A stretch of 64,000 bases of DNA from Phoronis australis (Eukaryota; Animalia; Phoronida). Position numbers and translations under genes: made by a program. The DNA lies in the NCBI GenBank assembly GCA_002633005.1, contig NMRA01000039.1, positions 1,034,335 through 1,098,334 of the forward strand, written 5' to 3'. Position 1 is the stretch's first letter; each line of letters opens with the position of its first letter. The notes beneath the pieces are model-generated. The model searched no databases. It had not been told where the DNA came from and worked only from the letters and a program-made list of their open reading frames with translations. Below are positions 13,018 to 27,500 of this stretch, piece after piece.

Positions 13018-15489
13018 TATGATTGAATGCGTGAATGAATGTTAACTGGAATGGGAAGAAAATGGACGGAGCGACATTAGGAGGAGGGTTTATCTGGAGT
13101 CTGGTTGGGTGAAATGTATTGAAAATGGGAAAGGCACACCAAATGTTTGTGTGGCTTAGAAATGTGCCGTTTTACTCAGACAACTATTGTAAAGTTTGTG
13201 ACAAGTGTTGGTAAAACTAATTTGGATGGAACAGGAATTTTATCGCTTACGGTAAAGTTTTCTCAATGTTGATAAAAATAATGGCCAAAACTGTTATTTT
13301 TTGATTTTTCAAACACTCACTGCATTGCCAAAATTTTCAAAATTTCGTTGTGTGTTCATTGGTGACACTGGTATCATACATAGTTTTCAAATAATCAAGT
13401 AAAATTGTCTTTTTGTTCACTCTTGTTGAAAATTTTGACAAAATAAAATTTTACTGTTCCGCCATCTTGCATTCTAATTTAACGAAACTTTACCATAGTT
13501 CATTTTCTATAATACGATGTACTTCAGGATTATCGATGGAAAATAAATATTTCGGAAACTACCCTGCATCTGATATGAAGAATATTGTAAAAAAATTGAG
13601 GAAGAAAGCTCGAATTTTATTGACTTGTGATGACTCTTAAAAAATTGAAAAAACTTTAGTGCTTTCTCTGTAGAGATTTACATTTTTTGCAGTTTTTGCT
13701 GAGCTCTTTCCCACATATGTTTGTCACGTGACATTGTGAAACTACCACACTATCAAAGAGCAGTAAACTCCTTGAAATTGTCATTTGGGCACTAGATATT
13801 AAATCCCAGATATAAATTATACATCTCGTGGAATTTAAAAAAATAATGGCACCCCATATATCTTCACCATTTGCGATATGCAGTGTGGGCATGTATCGTC
13901 CGAGGAATGACTGATGTCAAAAGTTTCTGCTGGTATTTACCACTTTTTTGGATGGAAAAATGAATTGCCTGGTGTCAGTTGTTATTCACCATCCTGATAA
14001 AACTGTTCAAAGTTCTAGCTACTCTTGCTTGTCAGTGGAGCAGTTTCAACTTACATCTTGGGCTTTGGCCACACCTCAATTAATAAAAATCAAGTGGTCT
14101 TTTTTTGAATACCATCATCCTCCACATGTGTTAGTCATTTCAGACCAGTACTCAGATGGTTAGGAAACTATAGTTCAAGGCTGCTCATGTGTGTTTCATC
14201 AGTATTTTCACGTAGGGCTTGCTTCACTGTAAGACAAAGTTTGAAAGTGGTGATCGCTGTGGTCAGATGGTCACTCTGTCTGTCCATGTTCCATTGTTGT
14301 GCAGAACACCTGTTGTTGTCCTGTAAGTTGCCAACACAGGATACAAGATACATTGAGAAATGTTGCACTAGTAACACATGAATGTTAACCTTGTTGGACT
14401 ATTTCTGTATGAAACTTTAATGGAAACATGGCAAATGACTGCACAGGCACCGTTCATGCGGGTCTTTTTGCAGATTTTATCGAATAGATTTCCAGATTTT
14501 TTCTGCAAAATTTTTTACTCGGGTCAACACTACTAATAATTTTGCGTTCATACTTCCAAGAATCAGAAAAAAAGTTCCTGAAAACTAGTTAATATGAACT
14601 AGTCCACAGGGGAATGTAACGTGCATAATTTTGTCATGGTTGCATGCGCATAGTCACTTAAGACACGGAAAAAGAGACATAAAGATGATGGTTTAAAAAT
14701 ACGCTATTTAAGCAAAACCACTGCAGCCGTAATACAGCGTTCTTGCCAGGCTTTTTGAGCATGGTGGTATAGTTTTATGCAACTTTTGATTTTTTCATAA
14801 AAGTCATTCAAGTCCAATTTTTGATAGCCCATCTTGCAAAAGTGGATCATTTTAAGGACAACTACCAACAGTGATGTGGAGAATAGCGCATAAAGCATAG
14901 TATCTGAAAGTTTATTTGAATACGATCTGTCATTTCTGAGATGTGATGTTGCAAAGTTATACCAAACTCGGGCAATTTTCTAGAATCCTAGATAATCTTA
15001 ATTCTCATTGAGACTCTATTATTCTCAGCATAAATCCCCCGTGGGGCACCATCTTTAAAAAACGATTTGTTTAGGTTCATGTTTTGGTCTGTAATCAGTG
15101 TGAAATGGTGTAGTTCCATATTACAGTTCATTAGAGGATGGTTTGCATGGTATTCATCAATTTATTGAGATGGGTATCATTCTTTATTTCCCCCGTGCAC
15201 GCTAGCACTTGCTGTATTACGATATAGAATGAGGTGTTATGTTTCAAAGTTAATTACTAAAATAATTGGTATTTCTGTTATAGATATCCTCGTTTGTGGT
15301 CATATTTACTGCCATGCCAAAACAATTCGTCACCTTTGCAACTACTAAAATAATCAATGTTATTTTTGTTATGGATATCTTAGTGTAGGGCATTTTTTTC
15401 TGTCGTGTCAAAGGTATGTCACCTTTAAGAATTTGATTTAACGTACCTTGTCATTTTTTGTGTTGTGTTTCTCGTAGACAAATGGTTGA

Positions 15490-15910
15490 AATGACAAAAC
15501 TACTGTTTGCAACTGAGCAGACAATGTGGCAATATTTGCAACTGAACGGACAATATATGCAATTGATCAGTCAATAGGCCCTTTCATATTGACTTAACTC
15601 CGGTCTGATCGGAGCGTCGACATAAACAGCGCCGCCCATGAGTATGTCTAACTGAGCAGAAAACACAGCAATATGTCTAACTAAGCAGACAATGTGACAG
15701 TGCAGTCAGTATTGTAGTATATGCAACAGATCAGATAACATGACAATGTATGTGTGTAGGGTAACTGGGCTGACAACTGGTTGTATCTGCAACTAAACTA
15801 ATAACATGCCAATATGTGCATTAGAGCAGACAATATAGAGAAATGTGCAACAGTGTAGACAACATGACAATGTTTGCATGTGAGCGGACAACAGGGCAAT
15901 ACATGCAGCC
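15490..15910. repeat. Degenerate tandem array (gcaactgagcagacaatgtg..)
   Basis: Recurring actgagcagacaat / gcaatat motif. Confidence 0.6.
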
Positions 15911-17513
15911 GAAGATTTAACGTAAAAAAATGTTCGAGACAAAGACTTCATTAAGCATGAAAAGCAGAAAGAAATAATATCACAAACAACTTGCCATGCC
16001 TTCAGTGAAATAATTTCCATTCCTAAAGGTTGCCTAATTTGTCTGGGCATGAATAAATCATAAAAGTGATGGTATTCTATCTCCACAAGTGATTGGGTCA
16101 CATTAAATATTAGATTGTAAGTAGCAGTATGAACCTTTAAAAGGCTGTTCATATATTATTCACCAAGTCCATACACTTCCCTAGTTTGCTGCTGTGCGCT
16201 CCTGCCTAGCCTTACTGATCAATAGTAGTTATGGATTTCTTCACCGATGGCTTGAGCTGTTGCTTTCCCACCACCCAGTTAAAGTGTTTACCCACTTGTT
16301 AATGCACCCAGCTATCAATAACACTTGCCCAAAATACATTTTTATTGCATTAAGAGTTTGTTTGACCGCACTGCGAACTCGGAAGTGACCAGATTCCTTG
16401 ACCGTCGTGCTCGATTTGTGAATGTCTCTGTGGCCAGGTTTCCTAAGTGGTTTCAATGTGGTTTAGTGCGATTGGTCTTTATGCTATCTAATTGTCTAAA
16501 TTGGATTACTTTTTTGTTTAAAACTACACCTCACCTTGTACAGCTGGCTCAAATAACGAAAAGTGAATTAAACCTATTAGGCTCTTAAAGTCGGCCTCAT
16601 ACGGTTCTTTGCTGTGATAAGATTTCATTTCAATATATTTGTTACCAAGAAGAACGTCGAAAACATCATAGAAAATTCAGCAGAATGCCACGAGGCCAAC
16701 CCTAAAATTGTGGATTCGAAAATTGCCTATTGTCTGTAAATTGAGTTGTCGTTTTATTCGACAACGAGTCAAGTTTGGATGAACATGGTAGTGTTTTTCA
16801 TTCTCAAGGCTCTGTGGCTTAAAGGCCATCACTGACGGCTAAAAACACTGGCGAAATACAGGTTTAAATATTTTTTTGCGTACCGAGGCTTCATTTCGTG
16901 AAACTATTTTAGCCTTAACTTAAGTCAATGTCATTCCATCACGTGCCACTTTGTTGTTGTTGAACAATGCTGCTGACGTCATGCCACCAATCAAACTTGA
17001 GACTTAAACTTTCATGAAAGAGAGCCTAAGTTCAAGATTTGTCATTTATTTTTAATGTATAGAAGATTTTGTGACCATGACTTAGGCTCTAGTCGCATTA
17101 ATCGCATTAATCGCTCCACGTAAGCATCCAATTTTCTTATTGCTTGCAGTGTTGCCATGGCAATCTACTGTTTACATGTTTTATTACTTAAGATAATCAG
17201 GCTACAAGGGGTTTTAATTGCTTTTTGCTGAACTTCCCTTTCAAAGTTATGATGGCAAAATGATGAATGAAGCTGTATTAATTCCAGTATTTATTAAGTT
17301 TTCACTTACCATGCGCTCAAGTCGTCTCATAAATCCATGCAGAGAAATCAAATGTCAACTACTACGTAAGGTTGGAGAAATTTTAGATAATTGTTAGTCT
17401 TTGTAAAATTAGAAAAATGTATATGGTTTGTTGTTGCATCCCATATCATTTCTTTAGAACGTATGCTCCTATTGTGCAAGTTGTCTAGGACGCTAATGGT
17501 CGAATATAATGTG

Positions 17514-17579
17514 CCCGATTTTTGAGAACCAGTTTTCTCAACTGAATAATGGGCATCAAACTGGTTCTCAAAATTCGGG
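17514..17579. repeat. ~65-bp palindromic dispersed mini-element (best-preserved copy)
   Basis: cccgatttttgagaaccagttt..aaactggttctcaaaattcggg; related copies near 720-775, 2866-2931, 19288-19348 and 31152-31210. Confidence 0.8.
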
Positions 17580-20382
17580 TGCATAATATCTGACGTTTAC
17601 CATTTAGGACGACTTCACTTAAGTGATGTCAATCATGATACATGTTATTTACTTTTTATCGGTCATTTTCTTCAAAAAAATGATGATCACCTCGTGAAGG
17701 AATGTGTGCAGTTTTAATCTACACATTACAATTTTTAGTCACCATGGATTTAGAAAATGCAGGCCATATTTGTTTTGGTCGTCTGTCGTGCTTCACAAGT
17801 TCGAAAAAATGATTAAAATTAGGCTGTAAACAAACAGGTATGTCACATTTTCAAAACATGAAGTAAATATCAGCTTTATTTCTAGTACTTCAACAAAAAT
17901 TGCATCATAATGACCACGCATTCTGAACGAAATTTGATTTCAAGTGGCAATTTATGACCGCTTAACTTCAAAGCCGTTTTTCTCGGCTCGTGATTTCAGA
18001 ATAGTGACAAGATTCTCGGGCCTATTTTTCTGCAACACGTGGGTCAATTTTTACGAAATTTGCAAATTTGAAATCCTCTAGGACTGATGTGCCAGGGTTT
18101 TTTGATACATGGATCAGATTTTTAGTTATTAGATGGAATGTGACCAAATGACAAAAAGTGGCGTGCTTGCCCCCACTCACATGCTTAAAATGCCTCAAAA
18201 TCAAGAGCATAATGATTTGTACATGTATTTGGTATGGATAAGTAGTATATTGCATAAGGAAACAGTTGATGATAATCCCTGTGCATTTTGAAAAAAAAAA
18301 TTTTGAGGTAAAATTGGATTTTTTGAAAATTAAAAAATACGATTTTTCAAAAAACGAACGACAAAAAAAAATTTTTTTTTTCGATTTGTGTCACTTTCAG
18401 AGTTATGTCTATCTAGTTAAAACTCCCTTTTTACTCATTTTAGTTAGGAACCCGGAGATTTGACCAATGTATACACCTACCTTAAGAACAAAAATTGACT
18501 GTTATTTGATGAAATAGTAAAGGTCTCTACAAAGGTTGACGATTACCTTAAAACTAATACCACACCACTCTGTATTTTTACCCGACAAAATTTTTAGCAA
18601 AATTTCCTGCTCTGTCCTATTTTTTCTTTGTTTCTTTGTTCACAAGTTGTATCTCTTTTCTCCAGTTTAGACATCCTGAATTGTTTTTGTATCAAGCTGT
18701 GTTTCATTTCTCTGGCTCTACAATTCTTAATGATCCATGAATTCTGCGGACAGAGAAAGACTGGCCATCTAGAGCTTGTTCAATTGCGTGCAAGGGGTTT
18801 TAGGTGCAGTTCAATTGATTGGTCTTTTCGCGTGGTCTTGCCCTGTTTGTCAGTTTCATGCATGTTTACTGGTGATATCACAGAGGACATTCTCTTATAA
18901 TATGGCTTTTCATCAGTCATGTTATTGCAATCGATTTGCCGTGAGACTTTTTCCTGAGTTTGTGAGAGGACCTTGCAACCACCATCTCTCGGCATTATCG
19001 TGATTATGTCACCATACCATAGAACTGTCTGATCAAGTTCAATTAGTGTACCGTTTAGAATTAACGAGTCAGTGTAATTAGGTTGATGTATCTCCATTGT
19101 GTGTATGTTTGTGCGTGTGCGTGTACGCGTTTGGTTGAGTGCTGTAATTTTATCTGCCTGTTACGGTTCTCACGAGCGTTTTTCCCTATGTTCGTATCGT
19201 CTGTAATTAACGGTGTTGTTAATTAGACCTCTGCAGAGGTGTTCATGAATGCAAAATAATGAACATGACATAGTTCATAGGGTAACACATTTTGAGAACT
19301 GGTCATCTCCACTGAATGACGAGCATCAACTGGTTATCAATATGCGGACATGTAAAATCAGACTTTGCTGTTCGTAACAAAGATTTAGTGAGCTTCGATT
19401 TAGCATTGCAAATCAAAGGAAATCTGTATTGCTGAAGTTGTAAGAAATTGTGCTGTATTCATCAGATTAATACCTAGGTTTTCCGTTTTGTGAAGGATCT
19501 AAGTCGGGTCATATCTAAGACAATCTGGCTGTATCTCCAATTTTTATTGGCAAACATTTCTTTAGCTTGGTGATGCCTGAAATTGTCTTGTAACTCATTT
19601 CTTACTGCACTTTTTCTTTGCTAAATTTGATGCAAAGTTTTCTGGGGTGGAGGTGCTTAACTATATTTTTGACGGGAGTTGTAGCGGAAAAAGTTAAGAT
19701 ATCCACCCATTGAGTTCCGGGAGCTTCCTTGAAAAAGTTCCAGAACCCCAAAGCTTTTCATGGAGTTGATTACATAAACCTAACCCTTTAGTAGGAATTA
19801 ATGGACTGGTGAATTTTCAACCCATTAAGCCAACAATAATACATGAAAACTGCCTTGTGAAAAGGAGTGTTTTATTTGTAACGGAATTGTGTTGGAACAC
19901 GCAATACATGCTTTCGTTGGAATTTTGTCAGAAAAAGTGCACCCTTTCGTAAAGTAATCAGGTCGCGAAGTCGGCCTTCTGTACAGTGCATCCCATATGT
20001 ATACCCTTTCTATGGGAGTCTTTCGGCAAATTTTCCATTACAAACCACTACTGGAACACGTTTATCGTCTTAGGGTCTTGGCATGTTAAAACCTTTCTGT
20101 AGGTAAGATGTTGTTTTCTCACCCATCTCGTAGGGAATGTTCCAAACTGAAAGCAAAGTTTGTTGCAAGTTGTAGTTGTTGGCTGTGCTCAAATCATTGA
20201 TTTCACAGTTAAGACTACCCTACGTAATTAAGTTAGCACATTCATTGTCTAGTACACTTGCACAGGGGATGTAAGTTATTTTTGTTCAAATTGTATGCTT
20301 TTATTTTTAAACAAATTTTGATGAATGGGTGTAAGGGTGTGCACAGACTCTGTAATTTGCACCAATGTTTGAAAAGTGCCTG

Positions 20383-20467
20383 TAAGGTGTCAGTTATAAT
20401 GAGGGGCCTTTAAGGTGTCAGTTATAATGAGGGGCCTTTAAGGTGTCAGTTATAATGAGGGGCCTTT
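20383..20467. repeat. 28-bp tandem repeat x3 (taaggtgtcagttataatgaggggcctt)
   Basis: Directly visible. Confidence 0.9.
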
Positions 20468-20975
20468 CCTGTTGCTTGACCGACTATAAAATGTGTAGGC
20501 AACTCGGAAAAAAAATTTGATTTGCAGTCTGAGGAAAGAAAAAAATAATTAAAAAAAACGAAATCTTCTGTATTTTTGAACAGAAATGAGTGTGCCCCTG
20601 CAATGAAAAGTGGATAAATAAAGTGTTTCACCAACAATTATGCCATCATAAAGGCCTGAGCATAGGGCAAGAAGGAACAGGATTATGTGAAGTATTGTTA
20701 GAACCTTCACACCAGTTTTAAAAGTTATAACCACTTTGGTGAGAACAGTGCAGTGGACAGTAAAAAATAAAGATTCTCGCTGTGGATTTTTGTCTATGCT
20801 TCAATTATCTATCTCAACTTCAAATACCTGAAATGATAATCAAGAAAAGATATTAAGTCCTTGTAATCAGAATAGTGGCAAATGTACATAATTGAACTGA
20901 TAGGATGTTAAGTTAAGGATTATGCAGGACCCTGGAGAAATGACCAAGTATCGTATCTCAGAAAGGCCAATTTTA

Positions 20976-21178
20976 CACGGGCGGTGCTGCATGGAAATAA
21001 GTGGGGGCTATAGCCTCCCAGCCCCCTATATGGTGCGATGTCCATGAGCGGCGCAGCACTGAAATAAGTGGGGGCTATAGCTTCCCAGCCCCCTATATGG
21101 TGCGATGTCCATGAGCGGCGCAGCACTGAAATTAGTGGGGGCTATAGCCTCCCAGCCCCCTATGGTGCGTCGCCCGTG
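20976..21178. repeat. Tandem triplication of a ~67-bp GC-rich mini-element with inverted ends
   Basis: gaaataagtgggggctatagcctcccagcccc x3; outer ends cacgggcggtgc / gcgtcgcccgtg are inverted. Confidence 0.75.
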
Positions 21179-21393
21179 TTTTGTCCTTATGGAACTTTCA
21201 GTGAGTTTGCTTTACATACTACTTCTCCAAAATGCTGCTAGGAATTGTTTTGAAAATGTTCATTTTTTCATGAGAGGCTACCAAAAATAGGACTTTTATT
21301 ATGATTTTTCTTTAAGTTGAATAAAAAGAAAGCCAAATTATAATTTAGAATATTGTAACTTTGTTCTTAATCAAGCAATTCTTGTTATTGCAG

Positions 21394-21583
21394 ATCACCA
21401 CTTTAGTTAATCACAAAGACCGTCCGCGGGTATCCGAGAGGAGCCTCAAGGCTCTTGTGAGAGTGGGACAGGCTGTCAATCTCGCAGTTGAAAGATTCGT
21501 GACGGTGGGGGAGAGTATCGGCGATGAGAATGCTGAAATCAAAATGGATATGTGCGAGGCGTGCAAAGAGGCACGCTCTGCAG
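21394..21583 (+). CDS. CTNNAL1: alpha-catulin exon (ITTLVNHKD...CKEARSA-G), 190 nt, phase 0 to 1
   Basis: ttattgcag|ATC ... GCAG|gtaatt; vinculin-family N-terminal helix motif. Confidence 0.95.
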
Positions 21584-24500
21584 GTAATTGAGGCGATTGT
21601 GTGGATTTAGCCAGAGCTACTTGTGGATGCTTTTCACGTTATGAAAGTCACAAAAAATCAATTTTTTGACAACTTCCCCCCCCCCCAGGGGATATCTAGG
21701 GTTATGGTGAGAGGGAAGTCAGACAACGGACAACTAAAAGCACATGAGGTTGTATGAGACCCTAAAAAATGTATTGTTCTCCAAAACACTCGTGGAAATC
21801 ATTTTAAAATATTCCACTTTTGCATGATAGGCTATCAAAAATAGACATTTATAATTTTTGTGAAAAACTCAAAAGTTGCAGAAATCGAAAATGAAATGAT
21901 ACTTTAGAAAACTGTAACAGCATTTTTGAGATTTAATTTTTAATTTGGTCATGTTTTGGTGCCGTTTTGCTATCAATGTACCTTTCCTTTATGCTGAGTA
22001 TTACTAAAAAGTCGTGGTCACATGATCCAATTAAGAGCAGATAGGTAAAAAGTCAAATATTAAAATTCTACTGGCTTTCAGAAAATATATACCTTTTCTG
22101 GGTTGAAATCTTTTAGTTTTTTTGATATTTGACTAACATGGTAAGTTCAATCTTGTCGATAAGGTCCTACACAGCTTTAACATTGCTACATTGTCGCGAT
22201 ACGTAAGTGGACGAAACAGAAGATCAGGACCCCTTCTCAGGTCACATCGGTAGCCACCGTAAAATTGGTGTCAGCTCGTTAAACGTTGAAGTGTTTGAAT
22301 AAAATGACTTTTTCTTAGAACTGAAGTCAACAAGTTGGTATGCGTCAGTCATGATGTTTATCCAGCCAAACCAATACGGTTGTCTGATTGTTATTTATCC
22401 ACCCAAACCAATACGGTTGTCTGATTGTTATTTATCCACCCAAACCAATACGGTTGTCTGATTGTTATTTATCCACCCAAACCAATACGGTTGTCTGATT
22501 GTTATTTATCCACCCAAACCAATACGGTTGTCTGCTTGTTAGTTCTCAAATGGGCTAGTTTCCGCCTTGAACATTTGGAGTTCCTAGTGTTTTGAGCCAA
22601 ACTGTTCCGTCGTACCTTTAATTACTATGTGGCAACCATATGTGACTTGAGTTTCCACTTACTAACTCGAGTAATATCCCCAAGTAAATAGCTCCCTGCA
22701 CTTAACGTTAAAAACCTTAATGGTTGACGTGCTTATTATCACCTATAATGATGATGTATCTCTCTCTCTCTCTAACAAAGACTTTGTGTGGTTTTTCTTA
22801 GAATTGAATGTCTCTCAAGTTCAACCTGAACTGCAAGAATATTGTTCAATGATATTGATTCCTGTCTGTGATTATTTTGCACTGGCACCGTTCAAATTAA
22901 GGAATACATGTCTCTCAATGATCCTGAAATACTAAGTAACTATGTCAAAACAGAAGTTCTGCACCAAAAAGCTTTTCCTACTGTCATACATGACCTTTAA
23001 GAAATGGTGGGACATTTCAAAAATGGTAGAAATTGGTTTGGTTCCGAGACTCTCTATCGATAATTATTAGAAATTTCCAACTTCAGACTAGAATAAATGA
23101 TGTTCGCAGGAGCGTAGTAAGTACTTAGAACCATTTGGACCTGGCCATATTTGCAAAGGTGAGTAATGCCAACTTGTTATATTAAAAAAACTCTGAAGTT
23201 TACCCCAGACAAAAGTAAAGGGCTGAAAACGTTAGCGCCATCCTCACTATGAGGTGCCCTAGGTCATGTTAATGCGAGCCAGCGCCGTCCTCACCCTAGA
23301 GCGTATTAATCCGAGCCGTCACTAGGCTCAGTAGTTGTGTGGATGTAATCCTCTTGGTTAGAGGTAAGTGATGACCAGCTGCACACTTGGTCAGTTACAT
23401 TTATACAGCTGTCTAATTCTTTTTGCGCCATATTTGATGCATTGTGTAGGGTGTGTAGTGGGGACACTCAACTGACCAATGGCAAGTTGCTCAAAGGTAA
23501 GTTCTTCTGGGTTTTCTGTAGCGTGGACATGACTTTCATTCGTTCCCCATGAGGCGTGTGTGTTTGTGTGCACTAAATGTTGAGATTGTCGTTGCTTTAA
23601 TGATAATTGCTAATTCCACCGTATTGTTTGTGTAGATCAGACAATTCAAATTATATTCAGTCAAGATGAAGGCCGCAGGCTGAAGGGGACAGCGAATTGA
23701 AGGTTAATTGCGTGGTTAAACACTGCAATATTGATTGTCGGATGTTTTCTACTGAATTTTCTGCAGAAAAATAAACTACACGAATGTACTTTTCTCACAA
23801 ACAATTTTTTTTCACCATTGTCAGTGCTACCAAGCTACGTACCTTTTTCATTGAGTTACTAATTATTCAGCCAAAGCTTAATAATCTAATTTCTTTCAAT
23901 GGATACAATTTACCTCAGTTTTTTTCTGCCTTTCAAGTTCATTGCGCACATGGATTTTCCTGTGTTTTGAGTCTCTTCCAAATGCAGATCAAATATTCTT
24001 TGGGTGCCCTTGTTGAGGAAGATTGGAATAATGCCTTATGGGAACTACTGGCATCTTATTACAATTTGTCTGTTTGGTTTCAGGAGTGGCCATACAAAGA
24101 CTGACCGACGTCCAGCCTTCTGGTCAGCTGGACAGCCTGTCGTCGTTCGCTGAGAAGACCGCCATGGTTAAGGCTGCGCGCCAACTGCTGTCGGCCATTA
24201 CCAAAGTTCTGGTGTTGGCTGATAGAGTAGTCATCAAGCAGATTATAGCTTCCAAGAATAAGGTGAGGTTTCACACGTACTATTACAGTCTGCAGTCTCA
24301 TGGGCAAAGGGCAACTGTTTTGTATGAAATTGGGCAATGGGTCGTTTGGGACCCGAATGTAAACCAGAGTCATTGTTAAAGATAAAGTGAGGAATGTGAA
24401 TTAGTGTTGATAGTGCATTCACTGAGGAATTGTAAATTATTATTAACACTTTCAAATGTATACTCAACGTCTCCTTTCCCATTAAGACAAACTGCCTGTT

Positions 24501-27500
24501 TTCCTCTCCCAAAAACCATTTTCATTGACATTTTTAGAAAACTTCAAATCTGCACTCCAATCATCTAACCCCATGGTATGCCTTGATTTTTACCTTTGAA
24601 AATATCAAAAATTAAGGGCTATCGCTTAGTCAATGCGATTCCAAAACTCGTGTATATTTACCCAGCTTTGATATTGTTTCTCAGTTGCTCTCAGATTTCA
24701 TAAATTTCTGCTGGTTCATTGGCTTCTGCACTCAAAGCTGAAGACTAGTCTGTCTTTGTGCAATCAGCTTTCAATTTTCAGTATTCTTGTGTTGCTTAAG
24801 ACATTCCTAACATTTGTGCATAGTGATTTGACCTCTCTTCCACACTAGTATGTAATTATCTGGTCTTAAGCTTCAGTTTGATTTTCACGAAGCGTTCTTA
24901 AACAGCCATCGATTAAGAGTCTTTTTGATAAGGTATTACTAAATAACCAGCTGACTTCTGCCTTTTGCAGGTGTCGGCCAGTCTGTCTAAGCTAGAAGGT
25001 GTGTCAAGCTTCACAGAGTTTGTACGAGCCTTTAGTCAGTTTGGTAACGAGATGGTGGAGCTAGCGCACTTAACTGGTGACAGGCAAAATGTGCGTACAA
25101 GTTGTATGATGTCATTGAAGTCATTGGTCATTTTAGGGTCTGTTAAGATGTGGACTTATGTTAAGAACTTTGGGATAGCATGTAAGACAGAATTTTGATA
25201 CAATGAATGGATTTATAAATCAACTTTACAAGAAATGGTTTTGTGGACAATAAATATAAATAATAGTAATATTGAAAATTGATATGACATGCAGCCTGTA
25301 ATCACAGTGGCATCCTTCCAGTCACGTTACAAGTTACTTATAAGCATTTTCTATACTTACAGTACAAGACGAAAGTAATCGGACACAACACTGTATCCTC
25401 ATCATGATGGATAATTCTGTTAACAGCAAAAATAACTTGTAATAAACACCGTGCCGACAAAACTGTAATTGTAGAGTGACCTAGTCACTTTACTGACATT
25501 ATAGTAAACGCAAGTACATGCATAGTTTACGTTGATGAGTTTCTAGTTCTAGTTCGCACTTCATGACCCGTAGATATGAGCTACAAACTCGAGTAAAAGC
25601 TTGAGATTTCGAGTAAAAGCTCTGAATGTTGAGTTCAGACTTGAACTTGAAGCTTTAATACTGGGTCACCAAGTGCAAATCATGATGCGGCAGTCATTCA
25701 CATGAGTCATAATATACCTGAGCACATAATATACCTGAGCACATAATATACCTGAGCACATAATATACCTGAGCACATAATAATAGGCAGAGAATGGAAA
25801 ATAACAAAAATAATTTGGAGTGGAAAGATCAGACTCTGGGTCCGGATCGCTGTTCAAAGCTCCTGTGAACGTTCTTGTGTGAAATTGTCTGGTAATACGT
25901 CTTCCTTCTCATCAGGCAGCATGTGAACAGTCTCTGAACCATTTATGATTTGCACAGGACTTGAAGAGTGACCGTGACCGTGCCAGGATAGCTGCGGCCA
26001 GATCTGTGCTGGAGAAATCAACCATGATGCTGCTCACATCCTCCAAGGTATTGGTAGTCCTTAGTGTAGGACAGTCTTCGTTGTCTATGTATAATGCATT
26101 GAGCATAGATCGTTACAGCACATTATGTCAGTGAGTAGGAAATCCACAATTGAGTAGAAGAATAGGACCATTCTATTCGTTAGAAGTTTTCCAAAATTAT
26201 TATTGTCTTCACGCACTGAGCAAATTATTTAAAGATTTTTATGGTTGCGTCAACTTTGATAATGTCACTTGAGGTAGACAAACTACTACAGAAAATATGG
26301 GCACATGATTAGGGTACCAAAATTTATGAAATACAACTTAATTTGCTGAATTTAAAGAATTGATCTGGCTGCACTCCCAAGATTTATTGACAACGACAAA
26401 TACTTAATGGTTTTGCCTATTGGGTACAGCCCGAAGCTCAGCAAATGACATAGGCTTTTGGTGACCTCTCCTGATCTGTTGTTTGCATGTTGGGATCTGT
26501 GAATCAATTCTATATCAACAATGAAGGTTCTAAGTGCAGTTGATCTGGTTTATTTGTCGTATACTATCACATCGTATCTGATGATGGAACATGATTCAGA
26601 GATTACGTGTCATATGGCTTGAGCTGTACGGACTGGTTACTTCGTCTTTATATTCTGACTTGTATTTCTTGTACTTTTTAAAGTTACTAGGTGGCACTTG
26701 TAGTACAACAATCCCACCTGCAAAAATGCCATACATTCAAGTAGTCATATGGGATTGTTAGCCCATAGATGTCTCCATGCTGGTGATCTGCTTTCTGTTA
26801 AAACGAAAACTTTTACTCATCAGTGCCACCTGGTGAATATATAGTCTGCCTTTTAATGAGGGTAGAAACACCTGGAGATTTTTAGGCTAATTGTAGTTGA
26901 CACGTTGTCCAATGTGTCACAGAGTTGTCCTAAGTATTAAAATATTTTTTCGTACTTGTAAATTAGACCAGCCCTTGTCGCTGAGATGCATTGTGGGTCA
27001 AAGTATGTGTGAATTCTGTGTTGTCACTTATACTTTGTCGCTTATTACAGACGTTCTTACGACACCCAGAATGCGAGTCAGCGCGTCAGTGTCGAGACAC
27101 AGTCATTGCTCAAATGCACAAAGCCATGCAAATGATGCAAACGGTATGTGTACATAACTTTGTCCATCTTCGGAACGTCATATCTCAGAAATGGCTGTAA
27201 CTTTCACATATTATGCTTTGTGTACTTGTTGTTTTTGAAATGTTTCACATTTGCACGTCAGCGTTTATTAAAAAACAGGACTTTTAAGATTTTTCTAAAA
27301 ATCTCAAAAGTTGCATAAAATGAAAACGAAGTTCACTTATATACTAGTATATGCACTCCCAAGTTTGGGTAAGGTGATTTCTATTAAGTCTACTTGGATT
27401 TCTGTAATCGACTGGTGGTCCGAATAGCTCAGAGTACTGTGTTCAAACCCAGGTCGGAGCAGAGATCTTAATAGAGGTTACGTGGTGTGGCCAGCATATG

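Noticed and set aside
18628-19097. ORFs of 90-105 aa as the missing catulin first exon
   Set aside because: No similarity to the conserved TRSVEQTL-type motif and no suitable phase-0 donor was noted.
27415-27460. tRNA gene (tagctcag..gttcaaaccc A/B-box-like motifs)
   Set aside because: Spacing too short and no cloverleaf; at best a degenerate SINE head.
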